Origin: Epiperipatus broadwayi
Taxonomy: Eukaryota; Animalia; Onychophora
Direction: 5' to 3'
NCBI GenBank assembly: GCA_028023455.1
Contig: JAQFVV010000001.1
Location: 10,230,001-10,294,000 of the forward strand
Length of the DNA stretch: 64,000 bases
The notes below the pieces were generated by a model that was not told where the DNA came from, searched no databases, and saw only the letters and a program-made list of their open reading frames with translations. Shown in pieces: positions 40,430-53,659 of this stretch. Made by a program: the position numbers and the translations under genes. Within the stretch, counting starts at the first letter, position 1. The number at the start of each line of letters is the position of its first letter.

Positions 40430-41600
40430 GTAAAATTTTAATTTTAAGCATTAATTATTAATGCTTTAATTCAAATCTGCCAATATTCTAGCAGCCAATA
40501 AGAGATGCTCTTTCCAAAATTACATATCTTTAGAATGATTGATCTTTTCCTTTAAATGTAAAATGGTGCTTTAATAAAGAATGTTTTTAGCACTGTGACT
40601 AAGCCTTACATCAACTCAATTTGTAAATATTTCACATGGATACATTTAAAACTTCATAAGTTTAATATAATAAAAAACTGATTTACTAAACTTATGTGTA
40701 ACATTACATTATTTCCTAGTATAATTACATTTTTATTAAACATTAGCTTAACATCTTTTATTTGTTTAGCAAACTATTTTTTTTCATCCATATTTTATCC
40801 TCTTAAATATTTACTTGATAAAAATAAGGATCATCAAAAATTTCATTTTTAAAGAAGTTTGTAAATATTTCACATTCATCTTGATTTAAGCTTGCCACTT
40901 TTTTTTACAAATAAGTTATCAGTCTTCAAAAGTGGATTTTAAATAAGAATTTAACTTTAAACATTCCCTTTGTTCAATGTGTAATTAGATTACTAGACCT
41001 TTATTATTATTATTCCAATCTATAATTAAAGTAGCAGGTACATTCAAAATTAGTTTGAGAGTATATTATCTATAGTGAAAACTGTTGTCAATATCTTAAT
41101 CTTTTTTTGATATGGCAATAATTGTAAGAAAACATATAACACAGAAGATAAGCATTTATAATTTAAAATGATAATCTTCAACAACTGGAGTTATCCAAAC
41201 CAAGTTTCAACTTATCAACATAATCAGAGATGATGATGAATAGCATATTTTTGTGAAAATTTATAAGCATTTTAAAATGTAATTATATCTATTAAACTTT
41301 TATTTAACCTTTTCAACAAATACATGACAAGGATTCAAAAATTTTCTTTTATTTTATGTTCTTTGCAGATCAGAGCAACAGAAACTTAATGACTTAATTC
41401 AATAAACATGATTTGCTGATTTTTGTGTTAATAATGATGACAAACAACTTTCAAAATTCCTAAAATTGCACTTTGATAGTTAATAAAAAGACATAATCAT
41501 AACAAGTCTTTGAAATATCAAAAATAAAAGCATATTGATATTGAAAAATAATTATTCATCCTTTGATAATAAATGAACTTCAAACTTTGATGAAAGATAA
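40430..41600 (-). mobile_element. Possible hAT transposase relic
   Basis: Frameshifted ERA(F)S..AARILAD at ~40475-40525 resembles the hAT dimerisation motif SERAFS.AG.I; upstream similarity is faint. Confidence 0.3.
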
Positions 41601-41777
41601 GCATTTTTTTCTTTTTTTAAGAAAACACATTATTATTTTGGTAGCTTTTTTTGGAAGCATTGTAAGAATGTGATTTAATTTTCGTCTTAATTTTAATTTC
41701 TTTACTTAATAAATGAGGAGTGTCAAATATTAGTTTCAAAAATAAAAATAGCTTAATTGCTATCTATATATATATAT

Positions 41778-42041
41778 TGTAACGATCTGGAGAAAGGTGA
41801 CTTAACGTAAACTGCACTACAGGGCGCCATCTAGGCATTTGAACCTAGAAAAATTTATAGAGTAGGCAGATACGTAAGTCAAAAAAAAATTTTTTTTTTT
41901 TTTTTTTTGCATCCGGTCGTTAGCCCATGTCACTAGCTCAGTGGAATAGCAGAGATTTAATAATATAATATAAGAATATATATATAAGAGGAATAAAATA
42001 AGCCACTGCCAGTAATTAACATACAAACATTTATTTATGCA
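41778..42041 (+). mobile_element. Solo-LTR-like element embedded in (TA)n
   Basis: Begins TGTAAC right after a tata run and ends ...TGCA right before another tata run; a related sequence starts the same way at 50359. Confidence 0.5.
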
Positions 42042-43229
42042 TATATATATATAAGATTTAAAATTATTTTAGTATTAGTTTATATTTCAAAATTTAACCT
42101 ACATTTTTAACTTTGATTTTTGACTTTAATTTACATTTAATTACTAATATATTCTAATTTTACATTTTAATTAAATTCGCACATATAAATTTATGAAAGC
42201 TTGTTTATAATGTTGACTATAGATCGGTTACATAGATTTCACGGTCAAAAACATTTCAAAAGAAACATAAACGATCAAAATACAAAATTATTGATTACTG
42301 ACAATTGCAGAGGGAAATTTATATGTAACCCAATAGTATTCACCATAAGATACTTGCATTGTCACCAATAACTTAAAAGACATCCGAATAAATACATTTT
42401 AGATACTCACCGTAAGGTATCATTATTTATCGAATGTCTATATATTTTGATCAAATATGAAAACCCAAAACATACTTAACCGATAAGCAATCCATGCAAG
42501 CGTCTATAAACAACTTAAATTTAATGCATTTTTATTTAGGGTCAAGTATGAATAGACCACATAGATTTGCATTTGAAAATAAAATATTCTATCCCTATTT
42601 AACCTTAGGCTAAAATTCGCAGTCAAACTGGCATCAATTCATCTGATACATCGATGTATTCAATGTAATACGGAATACGGCAGCACCAAAAAGATTAAGA
42701 GAAGATATTAACTTTCATTAGATAGGAATATTACTTCTATCCAACGAGAAGAACAATAAAAAAAAACTCCATAGAAAGGAACTGCGCTCTGCGTCTTATA
42801 ATTCCTTCCATAGGCAAAATGGGAGAGTGCGGCGTATGAAGCGATTCTGCCAGTAGCGAATCTCCGACTACATCAATATATCCAATCCATTGACCCAATC
42901 TAACAACGACACAAATAACCTAAGATTACCCTCCCCTAATATAACTTTACAAATCTATACAGCCATTCACGCCCGACTTAAGTTTAACATTTATATAATT
43001 AATTTAACTAAAAACAAAAAAATCATGATTAAAAACTTAAAGAATAAAAAAAAATGGAAATGATTTTACATAAATAAGAAAAAAAATACATCAAATAACA
43101 CTATTAATAAAGAATTTAGTTTGGTCAGATAGGATCATATTGCAATCATTTAAATATAGAAAATTTTAATTTAATGTTCATTATTTATAAAGTTCTTACG
43201 GTTTAAAACAGTTCATCTTTATCCATTAC

Positions 43230-43640
43230 TTGCCATGAACGTGAATTCCCACGCCGTCCTAAGATTGGTATCCATTTAGCCATTGTTTTATTTATTCATC
43301 CAGAGGTTTTTGCTTTAACTGGTCCTCAATGTAGAAAAATGATAGTTCATTTCTCTTTCTTTACTAGCAAAACTGAAGGGATTGAATCGTGCGTCTTTTT
43401 CAATCCCTTCTTCACTTCTGCACTACCACATATCTCTCACATCGTAATTAATCATTCACTAATTAATAATTTCCAAATTTTCCTTTTATACATATTCGAA
43501 GGATTGACTTGGCATTATGTCATCGATGTGATGATCCTTTCGCTGAGGTCCAATTTCCCGATGGATTTCTTTCATTGGCTATTTGTTTCTATTGTTTTCC
43601 TACCTGACCGATGTTTTTACATTTAAATGCCCAAGGCTGG
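43230..43640 (-). mobile_element. Possible LINE endonuclease N-terminal relic
   Basis: HLNVKT.. at ~43615 and a weak LSE-like motif; frameshifted. Confidence 0.25.
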
Positions 43641-45779
43641 TTTACATTTGACTAATTAAATTTATCATTTCCATTTCTGATTAATTAACCTGTTTTCCAA
43701 ATCAAAGATATATTTTTATCTCTAAATCTTTTTAAGTTTTTGTTTTTAAAATACCTTTTCTATTTTTAATACAGTTTTATTTTAATAATTTTTTTTATCT
43801 GTGCGATTTTAAGATGATATTTAATTTCAATTTTTAATTCTTAAAGAAAATTTTTGAATGCGAACTTCTTATTTTAACTTGTTTAATAATAAAACACAAT
43901 GTAACGTCATCTGTGCTCATTACAATATAAATAACAAAAATTAAGAAGTAATTTATAAATAAATTACCATATATAGCTGAGATCAAAATTTTTATTGTAT
44001 TTTAATAAAATTTCTAACATTTACTACTAATAATCATGAAAGTTTATATATATTTAATCTAAATTAGGATTTCAAATAAATCAGCTAAATTCCTTATATT
44101 CTTTTATTTAAAAAAATTTCCTATAAAATTTTTCTAGGTGCATCATGATTTTTACTACAATAATTTTAAGATTTGTAACAGTAAGCAATGTAATCAAAAA
44201 ATATTAGGATTTGAGCCTTTATTTTTATTTATATAATACATAAACAAGATTATATGTTGCACGATAAGTCTCATAACATAATCATTAGAATCTCTACTGC
44301 ATGATCTGAATTTAAATTCAGATAAAACTTGAAAAATGTTTCAGATAGCTGAGGATTTAAAAACTAATATAGTGTTCAAATTGTTGAATCATAAACAACC
44401 AAAACTCCACTCAATTACTAGGTGGTAAATGATTACTTAGTTAATTTCAGGGTAAAATAAAAGAGCAAAACATTTTTACTAACCGATTGTTGATTTACTT
44501 GGTAAATAATAACTTCTCTTACCCAGTTTTTCCATATGGGGGGGGGGGATAAGTACAGTTCTTGCCCTACTATATTTGTTTAGATTTTTTAAACTTTTTG
44601 CCGACATGTTACTTTAAAAAAGCTTATTTCTTTTGGTAATAAAAATCATCAGTTTTACCTTAGTAAAAAAAACAAAAAATAAAGCTGCACTTTCTAAAAT
44701 ATAAATAATTAAATAGTAGCTTATATCTGTTAAGATTATATTTCTCTACATATAATTATGATAACCAAATCTTATTAAATTTTTAACAAGTTTAAAAATT
44801 ATAATTTTAATACATATATAAACAAAAAAATAGTTTGATCTTGTGTCAACAAATTTATATAGTTTTTTTTACAGATAAAAATGATCCTAAAAGACTATTT
44901 ACATTGTTATAATTTCCAACGCACTATCCAACATATGACATAAATTTCCAGTATCTGTTTTAAGTTTGCATTGTGGATAGCTTCTTGTGTTATTATTATT
45001 TCTAAAATTATGCATTTGTAATGCATAATATTAAATTTTGAGCAGATAGTTAAAATTAAACTAAATATCCTTGCTCTTCCTTAGTATTATTACATATGAG
45101 ATTCTTAATGAGATTTTAACCTTTTTCAATGATTCTAGATAAGCTGTGAATTAATAAAATATTTGTATAAAACTATATTCACTGCTTTATTATAGAAGAT
45201 GGTTGCTGATGGCAGTAATATATAAGATGAATCAGTTAATGGTTTACTCAAGCAGAACCAGCATAATCCGTGCTGTTGTGTGTATAATACAATAATTTTT
45301 CAGTATCTATTTCACATTTAAAATTGTTTTTTTAATGATATTTTCTTATTGTTATAATTATTTCAAAAATTTAATTACTAAATTTGTTAAACTTTAAATA
45401 CCTGATTCTAGTTTCATTTGTCTTTATATATTATGTATGCCTAGACACTAAACATCATGTGATCACCATTCTTTATGCTTCTGTGTTTTCTTAGTCAATT
45501 AACAAATTTTAATAATTTGAAATGCCAGTACTAATATAGTATACAATCTATCAGTTTTATTAAAACCTATATAATATTTATCTTACGGTCAAAAAAAAAA
45601 AGCAACAGATAAAAAAATAAAATGTCCATATTTGCTTTTGAATTTAGGACTTATAAAAATATAGCAAATAAAATCATGAAAAAAATATATTTAGCAATAA
45701 AAAAATATATATTACCAAAATAATATCACTCAACAAAAATTTAAGTATTCTCTGTAAAATTTTAAAAACATAATGGCAA

Positions 45780-46000
45780 GATACAAGACTAATCAAAATA
45801 TTCTTCAACTTGTTGAATGTGCTACTATAGAGTTTATTATTGTAAAATCACATCTGGATTGAAGTGGATATGTGAAACAAATTGAATAACTACTAAATTA
45901 TTTTATGACGAACTTGAGCATGGTTGTCACAGAAATGATAAATTCTGCTTACATTATAAGGATTACCTCAAATATATTCTGAAGTAATGCAATGTTGATT
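45780..46000 (+). mobile_element. RTE (BovB-like) 3' fragment
   Basis: IEFIIVKSHL..SGYVKQ and ELEHGCHRNDKFCLHYKDYLK; similar to 16680-16850. Confidence 0.6.
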
Positions 46001-46084
46001 GTTTCTATTGGGAAGATATAGCAAAAGTTGAATACATTAGAGAACTAGAATTAGACATTGTTTAAATATTTCAAAAATAAAAAA

Positions 46085-46367
46085 TTGTATGCATAAGTTA
46101 AAAGACAGAATCATAAAATATTAAATAACGGAATAATGAACCAGCATTTTCTATATATGGATATATTTATGGTTCATATTTTAACAGTTTGCCCATGATC
46201 TTATTCTAAGAATTTGAATGAGAACAGTTGTATGTATAAGTTAAAAGACGGAATCATAAAATATTAAATAACAGAATGAACCAGCATTTTCTATATATGG
46301 ATATATTTATGGTTCATATTTTAACAGTCTACCCATGATCCTATTGTAAGAATTTAAGTGAGAACAG
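46085..46367. repeat. Tandem duplication, about 140 bp x2
   Basis: Units 46085-46227 and 46228-46367 are near-identical. Confidence 0.9.
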
Positions 46368-47049
46368 GTTAGAGCTTCGAGTAGGTATATTTACGAGCAT
46401 AAACCAAGTCCTATCTCAAGCGCCAATCTTATCAATTAATAAGAATTATACCCCTCGAAAACAATAGAAAAGGTTCCAGTGGACCCTTTTTTGGGTACCT
46501 TATTCAGACTAGCTCAGTCTCAAGGTCTGGGAGACAATGTCTATTGGGAGAACAAAGCCAAGGTTATCTTACAAAGAAATGTCACTTATATACTTTATAA
46601 TTTTCCTAACTGCCCTACGAATATTATTTTATTTCTTTTAGAAATATACAGTCATGAATATCGGTAAGCTTTTAAAAATAATAACCCACAAGTCATAAGA
46701 ATCTCGTAATTCAAATAAATACATAAGTGATAGTTTAAATTCTAAGATTTATTAATACATGTATATATTAATATCTCAAACATATGACTCCTTCATTCTG
46801 ATATATATATATATATAATATCAATAAACACATTCATGAAAGAGTGCAACTATACATCAGAGTTGTATTTATTAAATGATTTAATCTATTTCTATAATTA
46901 CTTTCTTTAAGTTGGGACAAATCGCATATTTCTTAATTTATTATTATATGTTTATTTAATATATAGAGAGAGAAAGTCAAAGTTACCTCATTTGAGAGCG
47001 AATGTTCACGTATTTAAGGCTGATGATCCGTAAGCTTACAGTATTACAA

Positions 47050-47330
47050 TGGTGATTGTCAAAGTGAGAATTGTTGGTCTGGAAGATGAAAAATTCCATA
47101 ACATTTTCACATAAGCTAATCTATCCTAGAAGTTAGGTAGATGATTCTAAAATTGATTGAACGAAAGTTCTTGCTGTTTGGAGTTCCATGATCATTTTGC
47201 TTGCTTGAAATAGACGGCTAAAATCTCCATAGATAAAGGTCAGCCAGGTCACAAAATAGCAGTCCACTGGGCCGGTTTAATGAATCCACACAATTCTTCT
47301 ATTCCAGCATTTCGATGGAGTCCATTCTTA
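47050..47330 (-). mobile_element. LINE APE endonuclease fragment
   Basis: PFIYGDFS (~47225) and TSRID (~47125) in frameshifted frames. Confidence 0.4.
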
Positions 47331-48499
47331 TTAATTTTTATTAATTAATAAAATCACTTTATGAAATTTACTTTCCACGCTTCTTTCTCTCTAACAGTTA
47401 CTTTTCCGAATCACTACAAAATCAATATATATATAGTTCTTTTCTTTTAACTATCTTTCCTCACTTTTTTTTATCTATCCATACACCGATGACCATATCT
47501 CAGGAATGCTTTTAGCTTCCATTGTTCCAAAATACTAAATTGGCCAGTTCTTGGAATTCCGATGACAAGTCTCATTAAAAGAAATCGTCTGTGGCACAAC
47601 TTGCAATTCATTTTATTACTCTCCAGCATTATATTTTAATTTGCTTTCATTAAGAAATATGCACTACTAATGACATTATTGAAATAACTATAATTTATAA
47701 TAATAAACAACAAAAATATATAAAACAATATATATAATACGACTCTGCACATAACCGCTTCTCTTCATCTTCACATACAAATCTGTTAGTAATTAATTCT
47801 ACGTAACATCACAACAACACGTGTAATAAATATATATGTATACATTCATGCCTTTAAATGATTAATGTATTTCATTCACACTCTTTTGTAACAGGGTTCG
47901 AATGTATATCTATAAATTTTCTCGCATCTATCAATTTAATTCATAATAACAATTGCAATAAACACTCTTTTGTAATCATTATTGCCTTTTACTTCCTTCA
48001 GTATTCGTATTCGAACCCAGTTATTGTTACAATATATTCAATTGTATTTATTATTGATTTGTTTTTATATTTTTCTTTTGGAGTTGGAATGATCATTATC
48101 ATCTGCAAATGACTACTTATGCTGATGATATCAATGACACATAAAATGTAAGCAGAAATACAAATCCATAACAAATGTTCACATTTATTTTTAAATTTAT
48201 AAATAAGATATTTATTTTATATTTATAATAACTGTATATACTGTTGAATACATGGCAAGTGTATACCAAATATTGCTTATTTATTTCTACACATACCTCT
48301 TACTTTCTTTTATTTCATACATATTTTTATAGCAATATATATATATTTTTTCATTTTATCCTAGGTTTTGTGAATTTTTTCTAAAGTTTTGTTAGAGGGA
48401 AAATCACTTGTAACTATGCCCTTTACGAACTTCTGAAGAAAAACCATAGATGGAAAAAGGGTAAACTGCAAGATATTGCTTTGCAAAAATAAAAAAACC

Positions 48500-50270
48500 C
48501 TAGACCATGCCAGTCAGCGAAAGTTGAGATAGATAATTATATTAGTGTCATGACTACAAATTGTTCCATAGACTCAGAAAGCTGATAAAGCATGGGGATG
48601 CCCTCTCTAGAATTCCAGACAAGAGTACATAAAAGTCACATGTGTGAAAAGTTAATTACATAGATGTGTTAAAGTTCAAAAATGTCAACAGTAAAGTTAT
48701 AGCAGAGTAGATTAACAGGAATAATAAATATAGCATCATAAAAAATTTGATAAAACTTGGATGGCTATTTAAATGACCAGACAGTTTGTCTCAGGCAATA
48801 TGAATGCCAGAAAGTTTATCAACCCACAATGAATATATTCTTATGATGGACCACGTAATGATTCCACCTGAGCTGAATGTTATTATTGTACAACAAACAC
48901 CCTTATACAGTTAAGATGAAGAAATTGGCTTGTTCATATGTTTGGTGGTAAGATTTGAATAATGGCATCAAGCAGACCATGAAAAATTGTCTGGATTGCC
49001 AACAAACAGCAAATTTATCGACTTAAAAAAAAAATTCAAATCCTGGTCTGAAGCTACCAAAGGTTGGCAATGAGTGCATTTAGACCCATGATGAACCATT
49101 TCATGAACATATATTTTTGGAATGCATATTCAAAATAGATTGAAGGTCTGACAAAGTTTTAAATGAATTTTTTGCAATGCATGGGCATCTGGAAACTATT
49201 GTAACAGATGTTGGCATGAAGTTCAGCTCAGAAAAACTTAAGAATTTGTTTGTATTTTTATATTGGACTATTTCCACCATCTAATATGAGTATTGAATGT
49301 TTTTAGAAAAATTTAACTTTATTTAAATATTCCAAATACATTTAATTGTTAGTAATAGCACATCAAACAGATGTTTGATGTTGCTATTACTAACAGTTGA
49401 ATGTATTTGGAATATTTAAATAAAAGTGTTTGATGTGCTATTACTAACAGTTGAATATATTTGGAATATTTAAATAAAGTTAAATTTTTCTAAAGACATT
49501 CAATACTCATATTAGATTATGGAAATAGTCCAATATAAAAATACAACTAGAACACCATCACCACAAGCCTTCAGGAAACATTAAGAATCTGTTGTCTCTG
49601 AAGAATATATATAGTGCATATTGGGACAGTTTATCATTCCAGTCAAATAGAATAACCAAGAAGGCAGTACAGCAACTGAAATATGCATTAAATAAACAGA
49701 AATATGTTGACATCCATGAAGCAATTACAACTGCAATATTTTATCAGTATATTACATCCAACTCTATTATTAAAAAAAAAAACCCACAGAATTATTAAGA
49801 AAATGACACATGACAATGCATGTATCCATTTTAATTCCAGATAAAGTATAAAAAAAGATGGAGATTTGAAAACATTAGATTTTAAGTTAACCAAACTGTA
49901 TGGATTAGAGATGTAATTAAGAAAAAATGGCTACTGAAAATAATTAGCAAACTTGAGTCTACACAAATATGTGAAACAAAGTTAAAAGACGATAGAGTTT
50001 TTAAGATGCCATGTTAACCATATTAGAGAACAACAAACTAAAATATTAGAGGATATAGTTACTGCTTTGAGTATAGTTAAGAATAATAAAACTGATGTTT
50101 CTTAGAAGATCCAGATGATTCAATTTATGAGGAAGCACTGGAGTACAATGGTGAAGAGAAAGAAAAACTTACAGAGCAAGAGGAATAAGAATTTACCTCA
50201 ATAAGGCCTACCCGAGTATGGAAGACACCAGCAAAGTTATAAAATTATATTGTACACACAGCAAAATTAC
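48500..50270 (+). mobile_element. Ty3/Gypsy pol relic (RNase H end plus integrase)
   Basis: HDYKLFHRLRKLIKHGDALSRIP (~48550-48620), HGHLETIVTDVGMKFSSEKLKNL (~49180-49250) and RPTRVWKTPAKL (~50205-50240). Confidence 0.75.
49250..49546. mobile_element. MITE/foldback family A, copy 2 (with internal duplication)
   Basis: TIR ttgtatttttatattggactatttcc / ggaaatagtccaatataaaaatacaa; about 55 bp internal duplication at ~49372-49480; interrupts the integrase core. Confidence 0.85.
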
Positions 50271-50322
50271 AAGATAAATTTTGTGAATAAAATTCTGCTT
50301 ATTACACAGTGTTGTATAATGA

Positions 50323-50327
<5 letters not shown>

Positions 50328-50361
<34 letters not shown>

Positions 50362-50430
50362 ACTGGTCCCTTCTTCACTTCTTTTGATCACTGAGGGTGC
50401 CAATAGGTCATTAATGACCTAGAAAATTTA
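50328..50430 (+). mobile_element. (TA)n microsatellite followed by the start of an LTR-like element related to 41778
   Basis: TA run 50328-50358, then TGTACT; cactgagggtgccaataggtcattaatgacctagaaaattta resembles cactacagggcgccatctaggcatttgaacctagaaaaattta (41815-41857). Confidence 0.5.
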
Positions 50431-52617
50431 ATTTATGGTGATCAAAAGTTGATGGTGATGAATGCCACAGTTAGACTCAGGGAGGAAAGATTATTCATAC
50501 AATTGAGAAAAGACTACAGAGACAAACATCTGCTAAAATCATTTTAAATAATTTCATAGTTTATTAAATTTACAATAATAAAATCCCAGACAAATAAGAA
50601 TATAAAACTTTGACCTAGATTTCTGCAGCATATTTATCAGAAAGTGTACATGAGTATTGAAACAATAAACCCACTGACAGATAAGTTCATTTTCTCACCT
50701 ATGATTTAAAGAGGGATTTATAATATCTTCCTGCTAGTGATTTATAAAAACTAATTTCAGTTTCCTTATTTAGAGATTTCAAAACAAAAATGAAGCAGTC
50801 TTGTAGGCAATACAATGAAACAGCACAGGTGAGCTTTCTTTGGCCCAGAACAAAGCATTAGGACCAAGAATGTCATATGTCTGCAGAACAGCTCATGATT
50901 GACCATGTTCAAAGTCATCAAGGTTAATTCCAATACAAGAAGCAATAAAACAAAAAAAATTTACAATTTGTAATCTTAAATAGAAGAAACAATATCTCCG
51001 ATTTAGGAAAAGCATAACACTATACTCAATAAACCGCCAGCCAAAAGATTTATGCAAGCAAAGCATAGCTAAATAAATTATACTATACCAAAAGGGACAG
51101 GTGAGTTAAAAAAAATTATGAATGTCTGCCAAAGCATTTAACAAGGGTTAGTAATATAAAAAAAGAAAACACTAAGCATAAAAAATAGACACTAGCAATA
51201 CTAATAATAAATAAATAAAACTATATACAATAATAAGAATATATGTAAAATATTTTAAAATATTAAAGAAATATTCTAAACTTATAACAAATACAGGTTT
51301 CTTTTAAGATTAAGCTGAGACATTCACAGAGATCTAAGTATGAGATTTAAACCCTGGTAAGAATATGAAAATCTTTACCTCAAGGCCTAATGAAAAATCT
51401 GTCAGCTTTCCTCCAGTGGGATTTGCAACAATCTTACCAAGTCGAGTCCATCATAAAGTATTTTGATTGATATCTTTTTGGTAAGGAGTATATAGGCAAG
51501 TCTGGATCAGTTCTGGTTTAAGCTTTTATGATATGATCTTGCAGAAAAAATCCGGGATCCAGGATTTGTCTTTGGGTTGGTTTAGCATGGCATGTTGTAG
51601 ATAGGATTCCACATAGCATATAGTTTTGGCATTCTGCAAGATGAACCTATTTAGCAAATGGAAGTCAGTAATATAATTTCAGCAGACTTTCCTAATAGCA
51701 GACAGCAATCTTGGGAATTTACAGAAGCACATCAATTCAAATAAGTATCACTATTAGTGTACTAAAAGCTGAATCAATACTCAACAAGCAGAATAAAAAT
51801 GAATAGCTGAATGAATAATCAATCCAAAACCTGGAGCTATTTATGTGCACTCTTATCTCCCACATTGTCTTTTATTATAAGTTTTTACCCAGGGCAAATC
51901 TCTTTCTCAGATTTAATTGTAATTTTAAAAAAATCTGACCAAGGCTCTTATTTAAAATTAATTAAAGAAAAGTAAATGCAAAATTAAGTCTCAGCTTTTT
52001 TTTTTTTAAATAGATTTCAATCAAAGAAACAAGAATGCAATTAAAACTTTCCAAAATTAAAATGCTTTGTCCAAAAAAATTAAAACTTTTTTTTAATTAG
52101 AATATTTTTACAAATAGATTAAAAAAACAACTATCAAAAGAAAATAGATTTTAAACAAATAACTATTGCAAATAAAAAATCACAGAATTTTAAAATAAAA
52201 ATGAGTATGTGCATTATTGCAAGTACTCTTAATATATAAAATAAAATAATATACAAAACTTTCAAATATTGTTCTTTTAAAACTTTATAAAAATAAAAGT
52301 TAGTTTTAATTTTGCAATGGAACTTTTGAAGTGGATAAAGCATCCAATTCAATATATATCTTCATATTATAATAATGTTATTTGTGTGTGAAGGGCTGTT
52401 CAGTATGGACAATGTTAAAGCACTCCAGAAATAATAATGATATGCATAAAAGCAACAGGCCAATTTATGTCATTAAAGTATATAGCTTTATGCAAACTAT
52501 CAAAGTGGATAAAAATGCTTGCAGCACTTAAAATGGGATTCTGTCAGTTCAAGTCAATGCTGTCAAGAGAAGTTGTAATGTGAAGAGAGATGGAAAAAGA
52601 CAAGAGCTGAAAGCAAA

Positions 52618-52884
52618 TTAGAAAAACTCCAAGTGTAGTGTAAGCCAGTATTAGCAGTCAAGAGTTCTAGTCATAATCAAATTAGACTATCTTAAGAGAT
52701 ATATGTGAGCAGTAAAATAATTACAAAATACAGTGGTTAAAAGACTTTTATTAGAAAAACTCCAAGTGTAGTGTAAGTCAGTATTAGCAGTCAAGAAGAG
52801 TTCTAGTCATAATCAAATTAGACTATCTTAAAAGATATATGTGAGCAGTAAAATGATTACAAAACTACAGTGGTTAAAAGACTT
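52618..52884. repeat. Tandem duplication, about 133 bp x2
   Basis: Units 52618-52747 and 52751-52884 are near-identical. Confidence 0.9.
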
Positions 52885-53659
52885 ATTATATTAATTATCT
52901 ACAGAGGTATAAACTGTTACATGGTCTAGACTGATCCCATGTTCATCTAAAACTTAGCCAGTTGATTTACCAATCCTATACTATTATTATTATTATTCAG
53001 AGTAAATAAACTCTTGAATTTATTGTTAAACTTTTCATGTTTGTTTCTTTAAACAGATTATGGAATTATCCAGTTGTGAGGTTATAGTTTGGCCATGGAT
53101 GTATTAACTACATTAACTATACATAAAAAAAGAAACAACTTATTTAAAATTATTTAGAATTTAAAACTAAATTTCTAATTTTCTATTCATTAAATTAATG
53201 TTAGACAATTAATCTATCAGACACGTATCCCAACATACACACATAAATAATTTAAAGTATTTGTGTATAGTCAGGTAATATTTGCATTGAAATTAAACAT
53301 CATTCCTAATAAAAATTATCCTTTATGCTTAAATAAATTGCTTTCTAGATCTTTTTACTCCTTCTCAAGTTTAAAAACTAATCTCATTTTTTTCTACATA
53401 ATTTTGGCAAATGATTACTTTCAAACAACAAATTAATGACACATTTAGACCAAAGAAATACAGAGTGAAAATCACAAAACAAGGAAAAGGTTATACGATA
53501 GCATGCAAAAAAAAAGGGAAAAGGTTATATGAGTTGATATTTTGTCCAGGAAACATTTGTGATTTGATTGATTTATCATAGAAGCATGATTTATCTAAAG
53601 TTCATTCTTTCTGTTCCCCCAGTTCCAACATCCATTTATGGCAAATGCAGCAGAAAAGA

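Noticed and set aside
46987-47040. Phase-2 donor AG|gtaact as an upstream PDE2 exon
   Set aside because: The frame is continuous with a LINE endonuclease relic and shows no GAF similarity.
49372-49480. Short direct repeats resembling a CRISPR-like or satellite array
   Set aside because: Two-unit duplication inside a MITE in a eukaryotic intron; no repeat-spacer periodicity and no cas genes.
51300-51700. Possible additional L1/Tx1 RT fragment
   Set aside because: Motifs are too degraded to call without an alignment.
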